Notes: generated from the letters alone by a model not told the origin. 61,486 nt of DNA, filler included, from Basidiobolus ranarum (GCA_040143965.1; 9 parts of 9 records of this genome joined end to end with filler, not necessarily neighbours in it); one strand, 5' to 3'. Counted from the whole stretch's first letter, positions 11,380-24,569 are shown. Program-made: numbers and translations.

Positions 11380-11930
11380 CTGAATTATTTGTTGGGCATT
11401 GTGCCTATATCAAGTACTTAGTTTCCTACATATTTCAAAGCAAAATCACAGTATATGTTTTAAATATAACTCAGGAAATTTGTACTGAAATACACTTTTA
11501 AAGCTGGTTCAGAATCACCAAAAATATCGCTCTCCATACTTGGTTTCTAAAAATATAACTTCATAGTATTCTTACTAAGAGGAATATCATTGTTGAAGTA
11601 TTTTGGGAGTTTGTTGGAAATGGTTTGGATAACTAGAAGAATTGATGGTTTTCACTTATTGATTTATTGAGTAGAAAGTTGACATTCATAATTATGTCAA
11701 GATATAAACACACAAAAATATAGAATGTATTAAAAAAAGTTTCAAAAACTTGTATGCAAAGTTTGGGGCTTCTAGCACAAGTTCTCAAAATCTATGTATC
11801 TTCCAACTTCTAAGCAAATTCCTCTTGAGAATAGTGGGTGATATCTTAGTGAAATATGATATAACTAAATACTAGGCTGTATAAGACTACATAGATACTG
11901 AGGCTATGCTAATTTCAATAATCATTAGGC
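11380..11930. repeat. AT-rich, CpG-poor dispersed repeat 'Z'
   Basis: 11595-11690 matches 34500-34590 (gttgaagtattttgggagtt...ctagaagaatt...aagttgacatt). 11815-11925 matches 34251-34360. 11380-11440 resembles 61195-61260. Confidence 0.75.
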
Positions 11931-13270
11931 AATGCAACTACAATGAGTTTGTACAACCAATTTACAGACCAATTTCAAAAACTATACCTTGGAAGATAAA
12001 TATAAACCAGACAATAATTGTAAGCAAATCATTGACTAAGTTGAGCTCCTTTGAGATTAATTTGGTTAATCTTGGAAACTCAAATCCATATTTCTAATTC
12101 TTGGATAATCAGCAGTTGTTTAAATAAAGTCCATATTATAAAATGAGTCATAATGCTTCAACTTAGTGGAATTTGTCTAAAGAACGTTAACTAGCTTAGA
12201 TTAATATAGAATATTTTTAGGGATAGATATATATAGGCACTTAGTATACTATACGTTGATGTTCTTTTGTGAGAGATAACTGTGGATATGTACTTCTAAC
12301 TCTATGAAGATATATGTGTCAGTTTCATATTGCTTGTGATTCCCATTACTATTTCCAAATCAACTTTGAATAAACATTACTTTCAAGTATTAGAGCGTGA
12401 TGATCTTTTAGCCATCATTTCATCCTATTGCCTCCTTCACTGTATCACCATGAGTACAATACTCTGGTAGTGTTTAAATCAGTGCACATGAAAATATTAG
12501 TAAGTTGTAAATTTTTAAACTATTCAACAACCCTCCAGGTGCTCATATGTCCTGAGTAGAATATGAGCATTTGTTTCGCACATTGACACATCTATTTTAG
12601 CAATAATTAATAAATGCACAAAAAAAAAATGGTTGATTTGTTTCCAAAACCCCATCATTAATCCTTTTAACTTCCAAAATCACCTGGCGAAAGCAGAATT
12701 ATCACCGTGTTTTCATTAGTAGCCAACCAAATTATTCCAAAAGAATGCAACATTCCATTTAAATATTTCATCTTTACTTGCTGCTACGAAATACTACGGA
12801 TTAGATTTTGGTGGAGATGAAAATTTTCAAGTCGATGGATTTGGTTACTTCCATACCAAGTGTATTGAATATTTATTTTTAGTTGCAATTGTTTATACTC
12901 TCCAGGATTGGAAGTCTAATGGAGTGATTTCGAAACATGGGTTCTAAGAAAGTATATCTCTTCCATATATAGAATGATAGACGAATTTGGATATCAATCT
13001 GAGTTCAAATCATATCAAATCAATATCGGATGTGGATGTAGATGTAGATGTAGATGTTCTATAATTCACTACGGAATAATTGATTGGACTATACAATACC
13101 ATTAAGTTAGATAATATATATAGCTATACAAGTGGCTTGGAAAGTGTTGAATCTGGGTAAAGTTATCTAAAAGATCGACAATCACTACCAACATATCCGC
13201 AATCCTAGGCTAGATCTTTAGATAGAAGTTCTTGCCGTCCACTTTCACGGTGGAACTCAATACATTAACT

Positions 13271-13291
13271 CCGGCCGGATCGGTATATAAA
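13271..13291 (+). promoter_or_regulatory. CGG-triplet cluster (ccggccggatcgg) plus TATA box upstream of the MFS gene
   Basis: TATATAAA at 13284-13291, about 40 bp upstream of the ATG. CGG triplets are typical of Zn2Cys6 sites (inference). Confidence 0.45.
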
Positions 13292-13331
13292 GACTAGAGA
13301 TGAACTCGATACTACTCAAATATCAGCAAAA

Positions 13332-13613
13332 ATGTCTGAAAAACAAGCTACATTACGTGATTCAGTATCTAATGACACAAATGTACCAATTGAGTGCATA
13401 AAACAGGGTGATCTGGAGCAAGCTAAATCAGTAGAGGTTTCCTCTAGTCATGTTATGCTCCCGTTTTCTCAATTAATATTAGTTTTTGTAAGTCTTGCAC
13501 TAGCCGTAGTATTGGCTGTGCTGGATCGAACTATCGTAGCTACAGCTCTACCGAAAATCGCTTCTGATTTCAGTGCATTTGATCAAATTACTTGGGTGGC
13601 TACTGCATATATG
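13332..13613 (+). CDS. MFS drug:H+ antiporter (DHA2/14-TMS type), 5' fragment cut by the contig end
   Basis: The TM1 motif LAVLDRTIVATALPKIASDF...WVATAYM is characteristic of DHA2 pumps. Confidence 0.9.
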
Positions 13614-13713
13614 NNNNNNNNNNNNNNNNNNNNNNNNNNNNNNNNNNNNNNNNNNNNTTAATTAATTAANNNNNNNNNNNNNNNNNNNNNNNNNNNNNNN
13701 NNNNNNNNNNNNN
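13614..13713. other. Artificial contig-joining spacer
   Basis: N44-TTAATTAATTAA-N44. Confidence 0.99.
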
Positions 13714-14973
13714 CTGCTTGAGCCTTAGCTAAGACTCCAATATTTGGTCCAATATTACCAATAGAGAAAGCACCAATGATAGTACCAAATAGTACAGTTA
13801 AGACATTACCAGACTCCATCTCACCTTCCTTGACTAGTCTGCCACCGTACCAGAAGGCAAGTGCGTAGGCACAAAACATGACAAACATGAATGAACCCAT
13901 ACCAGCACCAGTGACAAAGGCTTTCTTGACCCCAGCTTTATAAGCTGTGGCCAGTACATCTTCAAAGCGCTTGACCTCGCGGCCCTGACCGTTGAAGGCA
14001 ACTACAGTACGAATAGAGCTAATTGCTTGTTCAGCGAGGCCCCCAGCTTTGGCATAAGAGTCTTGCCCTGCGGAGGAGGACGCCATTGTGTACTTGGCCA
14101 TAAGAGCACCGCAGACTTCATTGAAGAAATTGATGTAAAAGGAGCTCGTGAGTTATAGTTTAAAAGATATATTAGTAAACAGGGTTTTTAATTACTTACA
14201 TCCCATGACAGGAACAGCAGTCAAGAGAACCAAGGTCATTTTCCAACCTGCTAGGAAGGCAATCACGAAGCCTGTAATGAAGGTCGAGAGTGACATAATA
14301 CACATGCCAACCTTATCGGACATGCCGTCAAAGATCAATTGAGTGTCAGAATTAAGACGCGAGTTGAGAGATTCAGACTTTTTGCCAATATCGTGCCATG
14401 CAATATCTTGGCGCATGATTGCGTGTAGATATTTCTCACGAATACGCTTGGTTTGATTCTCAGCAGACAATGTAAAAAAACACATTTGGCCATATGCGGC
14501 GAAAAGTATGATGGCACCAATGATGGTGAACTTGATGACGATCTCTCGCAAAGTAGCGACTTGATCTTTGATTGTGTCAGGATTAACAGGTCCTGTGATG
14601 CCGTTGATAACATCACCCATCAATTGGGCAACCAACGGCTGACCCACACCGCATCCAATAGCACATATGGTACCCAAACTATTGGAGAGAATATTTTTGC
14701 AGCAATTAGATTGTTATTAAGATATGTTATTTATGAGGGTACGGATACTTACATGATACAAGTGATGTCCCAAGAGCTGGCAAAGCGGTAGAGCTTGAAG
14801 TAGCTGACTTTGAGGCCTGGTTTTTTTGCATCCTTCATTTTCTTATCTTTCTTTTTGTCGTCATCAATATCATCAATACTGACGCCCAGGTCTTTTTCGT
14901 TGCTCACAGAAATGGCAACAAGATTCTCATTGTTGTGGGCGGATAAATCCTCAAATGCCTCTTCCTTGGACAT
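13714..14973 (-). CDS. ABCB1/MDR P-glycoprotein-type transporter, 5' part (TMD1); exons 14973-14753, 14678-14200, 14115-13714(cut)
   Basis: VSYFKLYRFA, RIREKYLHAIMRQDIAWHD, YAKAGGLAEQAISSIRTVVAF and ALAFWYG. Two GT-AG introns restore the frame. Confidence 0.93.
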
Positions 14974-15177
14974 ACGTGATTATTAGGTGAGTGGGAATAT
15001 GTTGATACTCAAGAAAAGCGAGGGTAGACTAAGACAGAGTACTCAATTGTGATACGAATGCAATAAAAGGATTGCTTGCTTTTATAGCAATTTTTACACT
15101 GAACTCTAATTTCAGCTCTTAACCTTAAAATGCATGGGACAAATGATAAAAGACATGTGTGATTTAAGTTTGAGAGA

Positions 15178-15328
15178 TCCGCAGTGCATGGATGTATTGT
15201 GTAATCACTTTACACTTGGCATTCATTCATTGAAGAATATATGACTATAATCATTACAAAATATCAATGTTTGCCCTAATCTTGAAAAATTACTTTGTGT
15301 GAAACATCCACATTTTCCACTTCCGCAG
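15178..15328. promoter_or_regulatory. Paired TCCGCAG motifs in the ABCB promoter
   Basis: TCCGCAG at 15178 and 15322. The same pair with the same 144-bp spacing occurs at 16724 and 16868 upstream of the pseudogene. Confidence 0.55.
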
Positions 15329-15827
15329 CGGCGGTCAAAGCGTTATCTCCGGTTGCTACTCGTGTAAGAGTTAACCACGAATCTGGTGATGTACATGTAT
15401 GTCTTTAAATATATATATATATAGTAGATTCTATTTTGTTTCATAATTAACCGATCACTTGCAGGTTCGGGTATATGTAAACATTACTGTTATATATTTA
15501 TATATATACCACAGAATTTACCTTTAATTGGTACAAGGTCTGTTGAATCAAGCACATTAATTACGCACGCACGAAGCTGCATTGGTGATATTCAAAACAT
15601 ATCTACACATTCCGATCAAAAATAGTTACACTCACGCAGACATAACGGTTGGCCAGTACATATGAAGAGTTTACATTCAGATATCATATCTAAGTTAGCA
15701 AAGTTGGGCTTGAAATTTCAAAGTTCCCCGAGATAACCCTATACACATATAAACAAAGTATTCAAATACAACAGTAAATTGAAGTAGGCAATGATATAAT
15801 CGAAGAACCGTAGTTGTTAGCTAATTC

Positions 15828-16428
15828 GATCAACTGCGTATCAGAATTAAATACGAATTGAGAGACTCTGACTTTTTGCCAATATCGTACCATGCAATAC
15901 CTTGGCGCATGATTGCGTGTAGATATTTCTCACGAATACACTAGGCCTGATTCTCAGCAGGTTATGTGAACAATAACATCTGGCCAAACACGGTGACAAA
16001 AATACGTGCACCAATGATAGCGAACTTAATTGTCATTTCGTGCAAAGCTGCGTTTTGCTCTTTAACCGTATCGGGGTTGACTCCTCCTGTGATGTCGTTG
16101 TTGGCGCTGCCCATCAATTGAGCAACCACTCACACCGCATGCAATTGCACAGACGTTACCCAATCTAGTGGAGAAAACTTTGAAAACACGATTAAGTTAT
16201 ACTTATATGATACAGGTGATATCTCAGAAGTTAGCAAGGCGATAGAGCGTGGAGGAACTGACTTTGGAACCTAGCTCTTTTGTATCCTGCTTTTTCTTAT
16301 CCTTCCTTATATCGTTAATGCTAACAGATATCACTTCTTCGTTGTTCTCGGAAATGACAACAATATCCGCGTGGTTCTGATAAGATATATCCTTGATAAA
16401 CTCCTTCTGTGGTATAATTGATTGTCAT
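15828..16428 (-). pseudogene. Truncated ABCB1 pseudogene (duplicate of exons 1-2 of the downstream gene)
   Basis: Clear nucleotide similarity to 14335-14973. TGG is changed to TGA at 16224-16226, the intron donor GT to AT at about 16206, and there is an in-frame TAG at 15941-15943. Confidence 0.9.
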
Positions 16429-18646
16429 GTCAGTTACTGATCAAATATGAGTGCCTGCAGAGAAAGAGGTCCGAGGTTAATATGAAATGAAGTATGAAGA
16501 AAAAGCGAGGAGATGAATATCGAAAATAGAACACCAAAAGATAACTACAACTAATTTTAGATGATAAAAGCAAGAACAACGAGTGTAGATCATGAAAGAA
16601 TAATGATTACAAGGAGTAAGAAAGCAAAAAATGGATTGTTTGATATGTAGTAATAGTTGGCCCACTCTTACTGTTTTTTAAGGATCAGTTGACTTAGAGT
16701 GTGATTTTCATTATACCGAGAAATCCGCAGTGCAGTGAAGAAATACAATATTGTGGTACGAAACATGGTGGGGTAAAACCACTACCATATATGAATGGTT
16801 TCAAAATTATGTCCAGTTTACGTGATGCTGATTGAATTTGGAAAATACATCTGCCCCGCTTTATGTTTCCGCAGTTAAGGCCAAATCAGTATTTTCCACT
16901 ACAATATGAATCTTTCCTACCCCAAAGTTGCAAACTTTATAGGGATTTGGAAGAAAAGCTAGCGCATTGCATATTGTCTCATGAATTGAGTGAAAGTCAT
17001 AGACACTCTGAGTATATGTGTATAGGCCTATATATGCCTGTATACATATAAACATGTAAGTATAAATAGAACATATCAATGCCTACATCCAACATAGCCC
17101 TTTAATTGGAGTGGATATATTGAATGCAACTTTACCAGATGTTACTGTGGTGTGTGTCATTGAAATGATGATAGAATATGAGTCTGTCTTGGTGAAAAAT
17201 CTAATGTTGTATGAGAAACTACTCTATCTTTAATATTACAGTTTTTGCAGCAGGCAACATGTTTCTAAACTGGAGATTGTAATTGACATCTCTCCATCTG
17301 ACATTTCACATTTAAGATCATCTCATTATTTGAAACTGTTCACATACCCTTAAGACTGATTCTGTTGGACAATGTCATACTATGACCTACTCAAATATCC
17401 CCAGTAGTAGTGTACATAAAAGCTCATCTTTCGTGATATTCAAATATAGCCCAGCATTTAATACCCCATGACTCGAGCAAATAAGGCGGGTCCATCTCAA
17501 GTCACATAGTCCCATATCAAAACCATCCACGTCCAAATTTCACTGTTTCACTGATTATTTTACTAGTGGCGCAAGTATATGATTATTCAATTGTCTAACC
17601 AATAAGAGGATTAATATTGAATGTATTGTTCATCCAGGAATCTTATTGTAGAATATTAGAGCCATACAAGTACCAGTCCTATATAATTCTGGCCGAATAT
17701 ATCAATTAAAATAGTGCCAACTACAAACTTCAACTGCAAACCTCAAATAGAACATTAATGACTAGTAGAAATCAGAAAACCAGTGTTTTTATATGTAGAT
17801 AATCAAATGGTGATTGAGTAATCCATGAAGCATGTAGCATCTCGTATGCAGCACTGCCGTGTTTCTGGACAGGATCTTACAAAATCGCCCATGAATATCT
17901 TTGATGGAAACTCAGCTTCGTTTCACATCTCCAGAAGCTGTTTCAAAGATCGTATCTTTGCTCTTTATAGTATTCGTATCACTCAATTACTGATTGGAGA
18001 AAAATGAGGTAGACCGTAAACCCACATAAGAATTTCGATTAGGTATTACCAATATATACTCTTCAGCATCTCCATGTATTGTTCTGCTTATATATTCACG
18101 CCACAGTAAACTCGCACCTATCGAGGATATTTGACTATTTTTAGTATATTACTAAATTGCCGAAGCAAACCGTTTTTCATTGGAATGCAGGTTTCATTTG
18201 ATGTTTTATAAATATCACCAGCAATGGATTTTATATTTTCTATGTTTGGGAAAATCCAAGTTGCCGGAACGACACAGATTACAAAACCTCTCCCACCAAG
18301 CGCAAGTTAATAATACTAGTCTTAGGAGATTGAAGATTATTTTTACTAACCATAAAAGGAGAAAACATGAAGCATTATCCTGACATGACTATTGTTCAAT
18401 AGTATATATCGAGAACACTGGTGTACAAGATCGCCAGTATTAGTCACAATATAACAACATAGCCTGATTCAGTTAGTGAATTGATACCATCGGAAATAAA
18501 TTTTAGTATATTTTGAGTTTATTCAAGTTTTTATTAGTATTAGCATTTAAATTATAGTAGTAATATATTTGGTGAAATATGAGAAATATTATTTTGGGCC
18601 ACTTTTTTAGCTTACCCGGCCTAAGGGGTTGTATCGACAGTATTCT

Positions 18647-20462
18647 TCATAAGTTTTGCTTTTGGCATAATTCGGCGTAGACACCACCCAATGCGACCAA
18701 CTCGTAATGCTTTCCTGACTCGACAATGTTGCCACCCTTAACTACTAGAATAAGGTCGGAATCCTGAATAGTGCTCAGACGATGAGCAATGACAATCGTT
18801 GTTCTTCCTGATCGAGCCTGATCCAGAGCTTCTTGGACCAGCTTTTCGGACTCAGAGTCTAATGCAGACGTTGCTTCATCTAGTAACAAGATTTTGGGGT
18901 TACGAATCAACGCACGTGCAATTGCAATACGTTGCTTCTGACCTCCTGATAATTGTGATCCCTTGTCACCCACCGATGTTTCATATCCATTAGGTAACGA
19001 CATGACAAAGTTGTGGATGTTGGACAATTTGGCTGCGGCCTCAACTTGTTCCTGAGTGCCTTCGCCTTCTGGTAACCCATAGAGAATGTTCTCCCGGATT
19101 GAGCAATCGAACAAAACAGGTTCTTGGCCGACAAGAGCCATATGAGACCGAATGTTGTTCAATTGAAGATCCTTGATATTATAGTTATCAATTACAGCCT
19201 TGCCCTCGATGGTATCGTACCAACGCTCCATCAATGCAATGATTGTAGATTTGCCGCATCCAGAAGGACCAACTAGGGCCACAGTTTGTGAGGGTCGAAC
19301 AGAAACATCGACATCCTTGAAGATCTGAATATCTGGTCGAGTGGGGTATGCAAAGTTCACCTTTTCAAGTCCCATAGCACCAGCCACACTGTGAATAATG
19401 ACACCATCTCTGTCGGCGTCAATAGTTGTATCCTTGTCAAATAATTCATAAATATTGATAGCAGATTGCTTTCCCTTGGCATACTTGGGCAATTCGGCAG
19501 TAATATGACCGAGAGACATTGCCATGAACACAATACCGAACATACACTTGAACATAGCATCCCAAGTAATGATACCTGCCTCGACTAAACGGTAACCGCC
19601 ATAGAAACCGATAGAATATGACCAGATGCTAACAGCCTGAGAGATAGCGAATCCGATGGATGCAAACAGGGCCTTGTTGATAGCATACTTGTGAGGCTCC
19701 TTAGTGACAGCAAAATAGCGACGTTCAAACTCATCTTCCTTGGCGAGTGATGCAACTGTGCGAATGTTAGCAATGGCCTCACCAGCAACCTGCCCTGACT
19801 TTTCATAAGCTTTACGAGTCTTCTCACCAAAGCCAGTCAAAGCGGCTATTTCGAGATATTGGGCAAGACCAATGATAGGAACAGCAAGTAAAATAATAAG
19901 AGTCATCTGCCAAGTAGCAGCAAACGCGAATCCGAGACCACATGCAATTGTTGCCAATGATGATACAGTAGTCAGCACAACCTGTGAAACCATATCATAC
20001 ATCTGCTGTGCGTCGGTGGCGAGACGTGAGGCAAGTGCACCGGTACTGTTTTCAGGTTTGTCGAAGAATCCCATCTCTTGAGACATAATAGCACGATAAG
20101 AAATGGATCGCATACGCCGTGTCATACGCTCACCAACAATCATGAATGTAGCCATACCACCACAGAACCCGATGAAACCAATAATTGCCAAACCAAAAAA
20201 GTAAAGGGAATATGTGCGGATATTGCCGGTAAAATCATAATCAGGGTCTTGAGATTTATAAAGAGCGGTGAGAGCCTGGGCAAAGACTTGAGAGAAAGAG
20301 GGGAAAAGAGCACCTTGAATAATAGCAAAGAAACAACCAATAAGGCAGATGAAGTAGTCGGGACGCATGTAGAGGAGTGTGCGACCAATTGGTGCTTGTT
20401 GCATCTGGAGCTTTCGAGCTGCTTCCTTCTAGCGACGAGCCTCGGGCATTTCTTCACCTTCA
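18647..20462 (-). CDS. ABCB1/MDR transporter, 3' part (linker-TMD2-NBD2), cut by the contig end; in-frame TAG at 20431-20429
   Basis: Walker A GPSGCGKST, signature LSGGQKQRIAIARA, Walker B ILLLDEATSALD and H-loop IAHRLSTI. Confidence 0.93.
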
Positions 20463-20562
20463 NNNNNNNNNNNNNNNNNNNNNNNNNNNNNNNNNNNNNN
20501 NNNNNNTTAATTAATTAANNNNNNNNNNNNNNNNNNNNNNNNNNNNNNNNNNNNNNNNNNNN
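20463..20562. other. Artificial contig-joining spacer
   Basis: N44-TTAATTAATTAA-N44. Confidence 0.99.
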
Positions 20563-21671
20563 GTGGTCGAATCAAGTCTTTGGTAAGTATATCCCTCGAC
20601 GCCCCATATCCTCTTCAAAGCACAGATATTCGATGAACATCTTGCCTGCCCGAACCCTTACCTCTCCTACGTCTGATATGTTGAAATCTCCGGGAAGAAA
20701 TTGCCATTCTTCGATGTAGGAATCTCAATCTTCTGTATAGATCCAAGTCTACCCTTGTTGGCTAAATACGCCCAGAAAAAGATCCTACAAATAAAGACTA
20801 ACTGACTTTACTGTTGAGGAAAGGATGGGCAGCCTTCATGTCAAGCAGAGTAAGATTTTGGGGTCGAGTCCACCGCCATCATCCCCTACCATTTTTGAAA
20901 TGGTAGTTCCCCAGTACGGGATTTGCACTCCAAGTCCTGTGTAACGCTTGGCCAGAATGGTGTCATTCCGGCGTGCAGAATAGGAATGATACCCATTCAT
21001 CATAGCCATGTCAGCCTCAGTATTGGATGTCAATTTTACCTTCCTTCGGCAATAAATATCAATGTTTCAAATAATGTGCCCTCGGCTTTTTTGTTTTCCA
21101 TTAGTGCAGATTTATGCGACCCATTGGGCCTTGTAATCCCGATCATTCTCGACCACTATTGCCTTTTGAAAAAACTTTTATCCAATGGATTGATTTCTCT
21201 ATCTCTTATTAGTCAAGTTATATAGTATTGAGTAAATTATCTAGTAAATTAGTGATTTGGGTATCCATCAAATCCCTCTAATGTAACTGATCATCTAAAA
21301 GTTATACAATGCAAGATGTTCGATGTCCAATTTGTCTAGCTGTCAATCACTCTTCCCCAAAAAACCAGTTCACTGTGACCAGTTGTTCAACTTCGTACTC
21401 AACATTTCCGGGCTCAGGATCGGTTTCCCGACCCACTTCCACCTTTTTCTTAAGCTTGCTTCTGTTGCCAGTTCTTACCTTTTCTCTCAACTTTCCACCT
21501 TCATTTCATTTATTGTTTCTTGTGGTTACATAGCTGAGAGCAGCTTAGTCCTTTTGTTCCTTATATCCCGAGCGACATATCATTCTGACAAACGTGTTGG
21601 GAGCCACTATTTCAGGATTACCTCTCAATTACTACTCTTATAATAACTACGCCTCCATTGTCTCAGCTGTC

Positions 21672-22924
21672 ATGACTCTATCCGAAGATCACGCTGAGAT
21701 AAATACCTCACATGATTCCCTAAACTTCGATACTTCCAACTTCAAACAACCTACTTTCTGGAGCCATGAGGAAACCAAACTACTTATTATTCTACGTCAA
21801 GAAAGAAATGCGTTGTTTCTATCAATGAAGCGGCCGAGAAAGCTCTGGGCCGAAATCGCTGCCGTTTTACAGACTAGAGGCTTCGATAAATCAAGTGAAC
21901 AATGTCATCAGAAATGGAAAAATATGTTGCGATCTTTTAGGGTAAGTATATTCCATTAAATATAATTCAAGGTTCATCTCACTTTTCAGAATGCTAAGTT
22001 AAAGTCAATAATAGGAAGTAGATGAGTACAATAGCAAAGTAATTCCTGCCGAAAAGAAAAAATGCTCTTTTTATGATGAAATCTCCGACTTTTATAACAA
22101 AACTCGTTTTGATTCTCCTAAACCTTCTGACGCCGATGATCGAGTTTCCCCAGAGTATGTAAAGAGGATGTTTGATTCTTTATTTGAATGAATCATTAAA
22201 CCTATTTGTCTATTTCATTTGAACTCTAACAGTAGTGAGGGTAAAGTAGATATATCTGACACTCCACTTTCAAGGTAGTCATTTAAACAATATCATAATG
22301 ATTTTTCGTTTAAACTCATGGACTTTATTTAGCCACTCGGACTTCCAGAATCATTCGCTTAGTGTCCCAGTATTTGACACAACATCATCACCATCCAATA
22401 TAAGTATAGGATCCTCAATATCTATCTCAAACTCACACAATCACCCCAAAGCTGCTAGCAATGGCACAGCACGACCTAAACGCTCATCAGATGGTATTCT
22501 CACACCACTCCATAGTAAAGCTATGCGGATCCAACAGGAGGATTTCGACGCTTCAATTCCTCAAGAGAAGTTGTTGAATGAATTTCGTCTACTCACTGAC
22601 CACCACAATTCTCTAAACACGGCGTATCACAGTCCACTCCCGCAAAAATTCAACTCAGGATCTCACACCTCAAACGGTGCGAGTGAGCTAAACGAAGACA
22701 TGGTCAACTCCGGATCCAAAGAAGATATGGAAAGATTTTTCAATTTTTACCGTGAACAAAGCCTCCGAATGAACACGGGTGCTGAAAAAGCGAGAGAAAA
22801 TTTTCGGTACACTTTGGAGGTAATAGAGAACCTAGCCAAAGACTTTGCTGAAAAGGAACACCAATATGCAGATCGTCAAGCCAGAATGTTTGAAAAATTC
22901 GTGGAGGCTTTGAGGAAAGATTGA
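21672..22924 (+). CDS. Trihelix/Myb-SANT-like (GT-1/MSANTD-type) DNA-binding protein with C-terminal coiled coil; 4 exons (21672-21941, 22015-~22154, ~22232-22274, ~22333-22924)
   Basis: WSHEETKLLI...KLWAEIAAVL...GFDKSSEQCHQKWKNM...CSFYDEI matches the Myb_DNA-bind_4 pattern. GT-AG introns. Confidence 0.85.
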
Positions 22925-24569
22925 TTTCTTTGATTGTCAATTTGAGTACTTTGATAGTTTCTGGATTTTCCCTCCACCAGCACCACCTTAGAAAGATCCC
23001 CACTTTAAATGAAATTTAGAAAAGAGTGATGGCATCTATTCACTCTAAGCACTTTTACAACAACCATAATTCCATGGATTTATCAGAGCAAGTTTTGGCT
23101 TCGTACCATTTGCTTCAAAGGAAATTCATTCTCAGCATTTCTTTCCATCCCCCTTCCACATAAACCCCTTATTTATTTGTACATAAGTAAAATACAAGTG
23201 TTTTTATTGGTGTCTAATGGAAATTGAATTTTACCATCATCTGAACAGTTTACCACACCTTTAACAATCTAATTGGACAAGATCACACTTTCAACCAGCT
23301 TCGCAGCTACTTTACCATTGCCCGTAATTCTGCTGTCAATACATCCACAATTTTACTCTTAATTAGACATTGTTATGAGATCCGGTACAAATTGGATGCA
23401 CCAGAGTCTCAGGCTAATAACCAAGTCATAACAGATATATCATCACTCTAATAGCCACTAATCCCATCCATTAGAATATCTGTGTAGAAATGGAATTGCT
23501 ATTGCTAAATAATGGTGCCCAGTCCCTTGACCATACTTGGCCTGTACTCATCCAGGATGATCTATTCATATAGCTATTTGTGAATTACCATGGGTGGCCG
23601 AAGAGTCGGTCTATCCATCAAACCGTGGCATCTTTTGAAATGCTTTGGATACCCCTCTCTCGCAGTCCAAGCACCCCTCAAGCCAAGTGTAATATTTCTA
23701 CTCCAGAGCCCCTAGCTGTAGTCCAACAAGCTTAATAGGCAAAATACACAATTTAACAAGTAGGAATTGTGATATAGGAGCGCATTGAAGGATCTAGGCA
23801 ATCTATGGATGAGAGTTGACAGTTCAATACCGTCTTTCAATATGCCTTTGGCTATGCATATTCATGGCCTCCTGTTTGGCTCCTGCAGCCTCATGCCTCG
23901 AGTGTCCCTTGTCCCATACTCAATATTAAATTCAACAAACTTGGATGATCAGCGACTACGATGTTTCATCTACTCTCCCACAAGGCCTAATATGAATAAA
24001 TGGTGCGGAGATGGAAATTCAATAATGATGCTTATATATATATTATGGGCCAGGTTGATATCTCCAGCATTAACCAAAATAATATAATGCAAGTAGGGCC
24101 GGAAATGCCACATTTGAAAGATGCTGACTACGGATGATATCAGAAGGTAACACACATTCTTATTTGGTCAATATTCGGTATTTGTTTGGAAAAAGTTTTA
24201 CAAAACTGAGTCAACTATCCATGAAATGCAACTGTGCCAAAATTTATGACTAATCGCAAACGAGTCCCCCTTTTTTCATATTGATCTGTTAAATGAAAAC
24301 TCAATTTCTTCTTACCACTATTCTTTTTTTCTCTACTGATTTTATTAAGGTTTGTTGATATCATGGATTTTTACATTAGCATATATACTCCGGTTGTGCA
24401 GTGGGTAGACCGCTTTGGTGTTTGTATCTCATCGTCTCTTGCAGTCTCTACTAGACTCCAAGTTAGCAAAATACGCGTAGAGACTATATACAAACTACAT
24501 AACAACTTTATCATTTAATACTTATAAATATACTCACCTCTCTCCAAGAAATAATCTCTCTGAGGTGCG

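Noticed and set aside
13028-13057. (GATGTA)n microsatellite upstream of the MFS gene
   Set aside because: Ordinary short tandem repeat with no further support for function.
13332-14973. MFS pump next to ABCB pumps as a drug-resistance or secondary-metabolite cluster
   Set aside because: They are separated by an artificial spacer on unrelated contigs, and no biosynthetic backbone gene is present.
20563-21033. Divergent gene upstream of the trihelix factor
   Set aside because: No consistent spliced frame or recognisable domain could be built. At best it is a pseudogene fragment.
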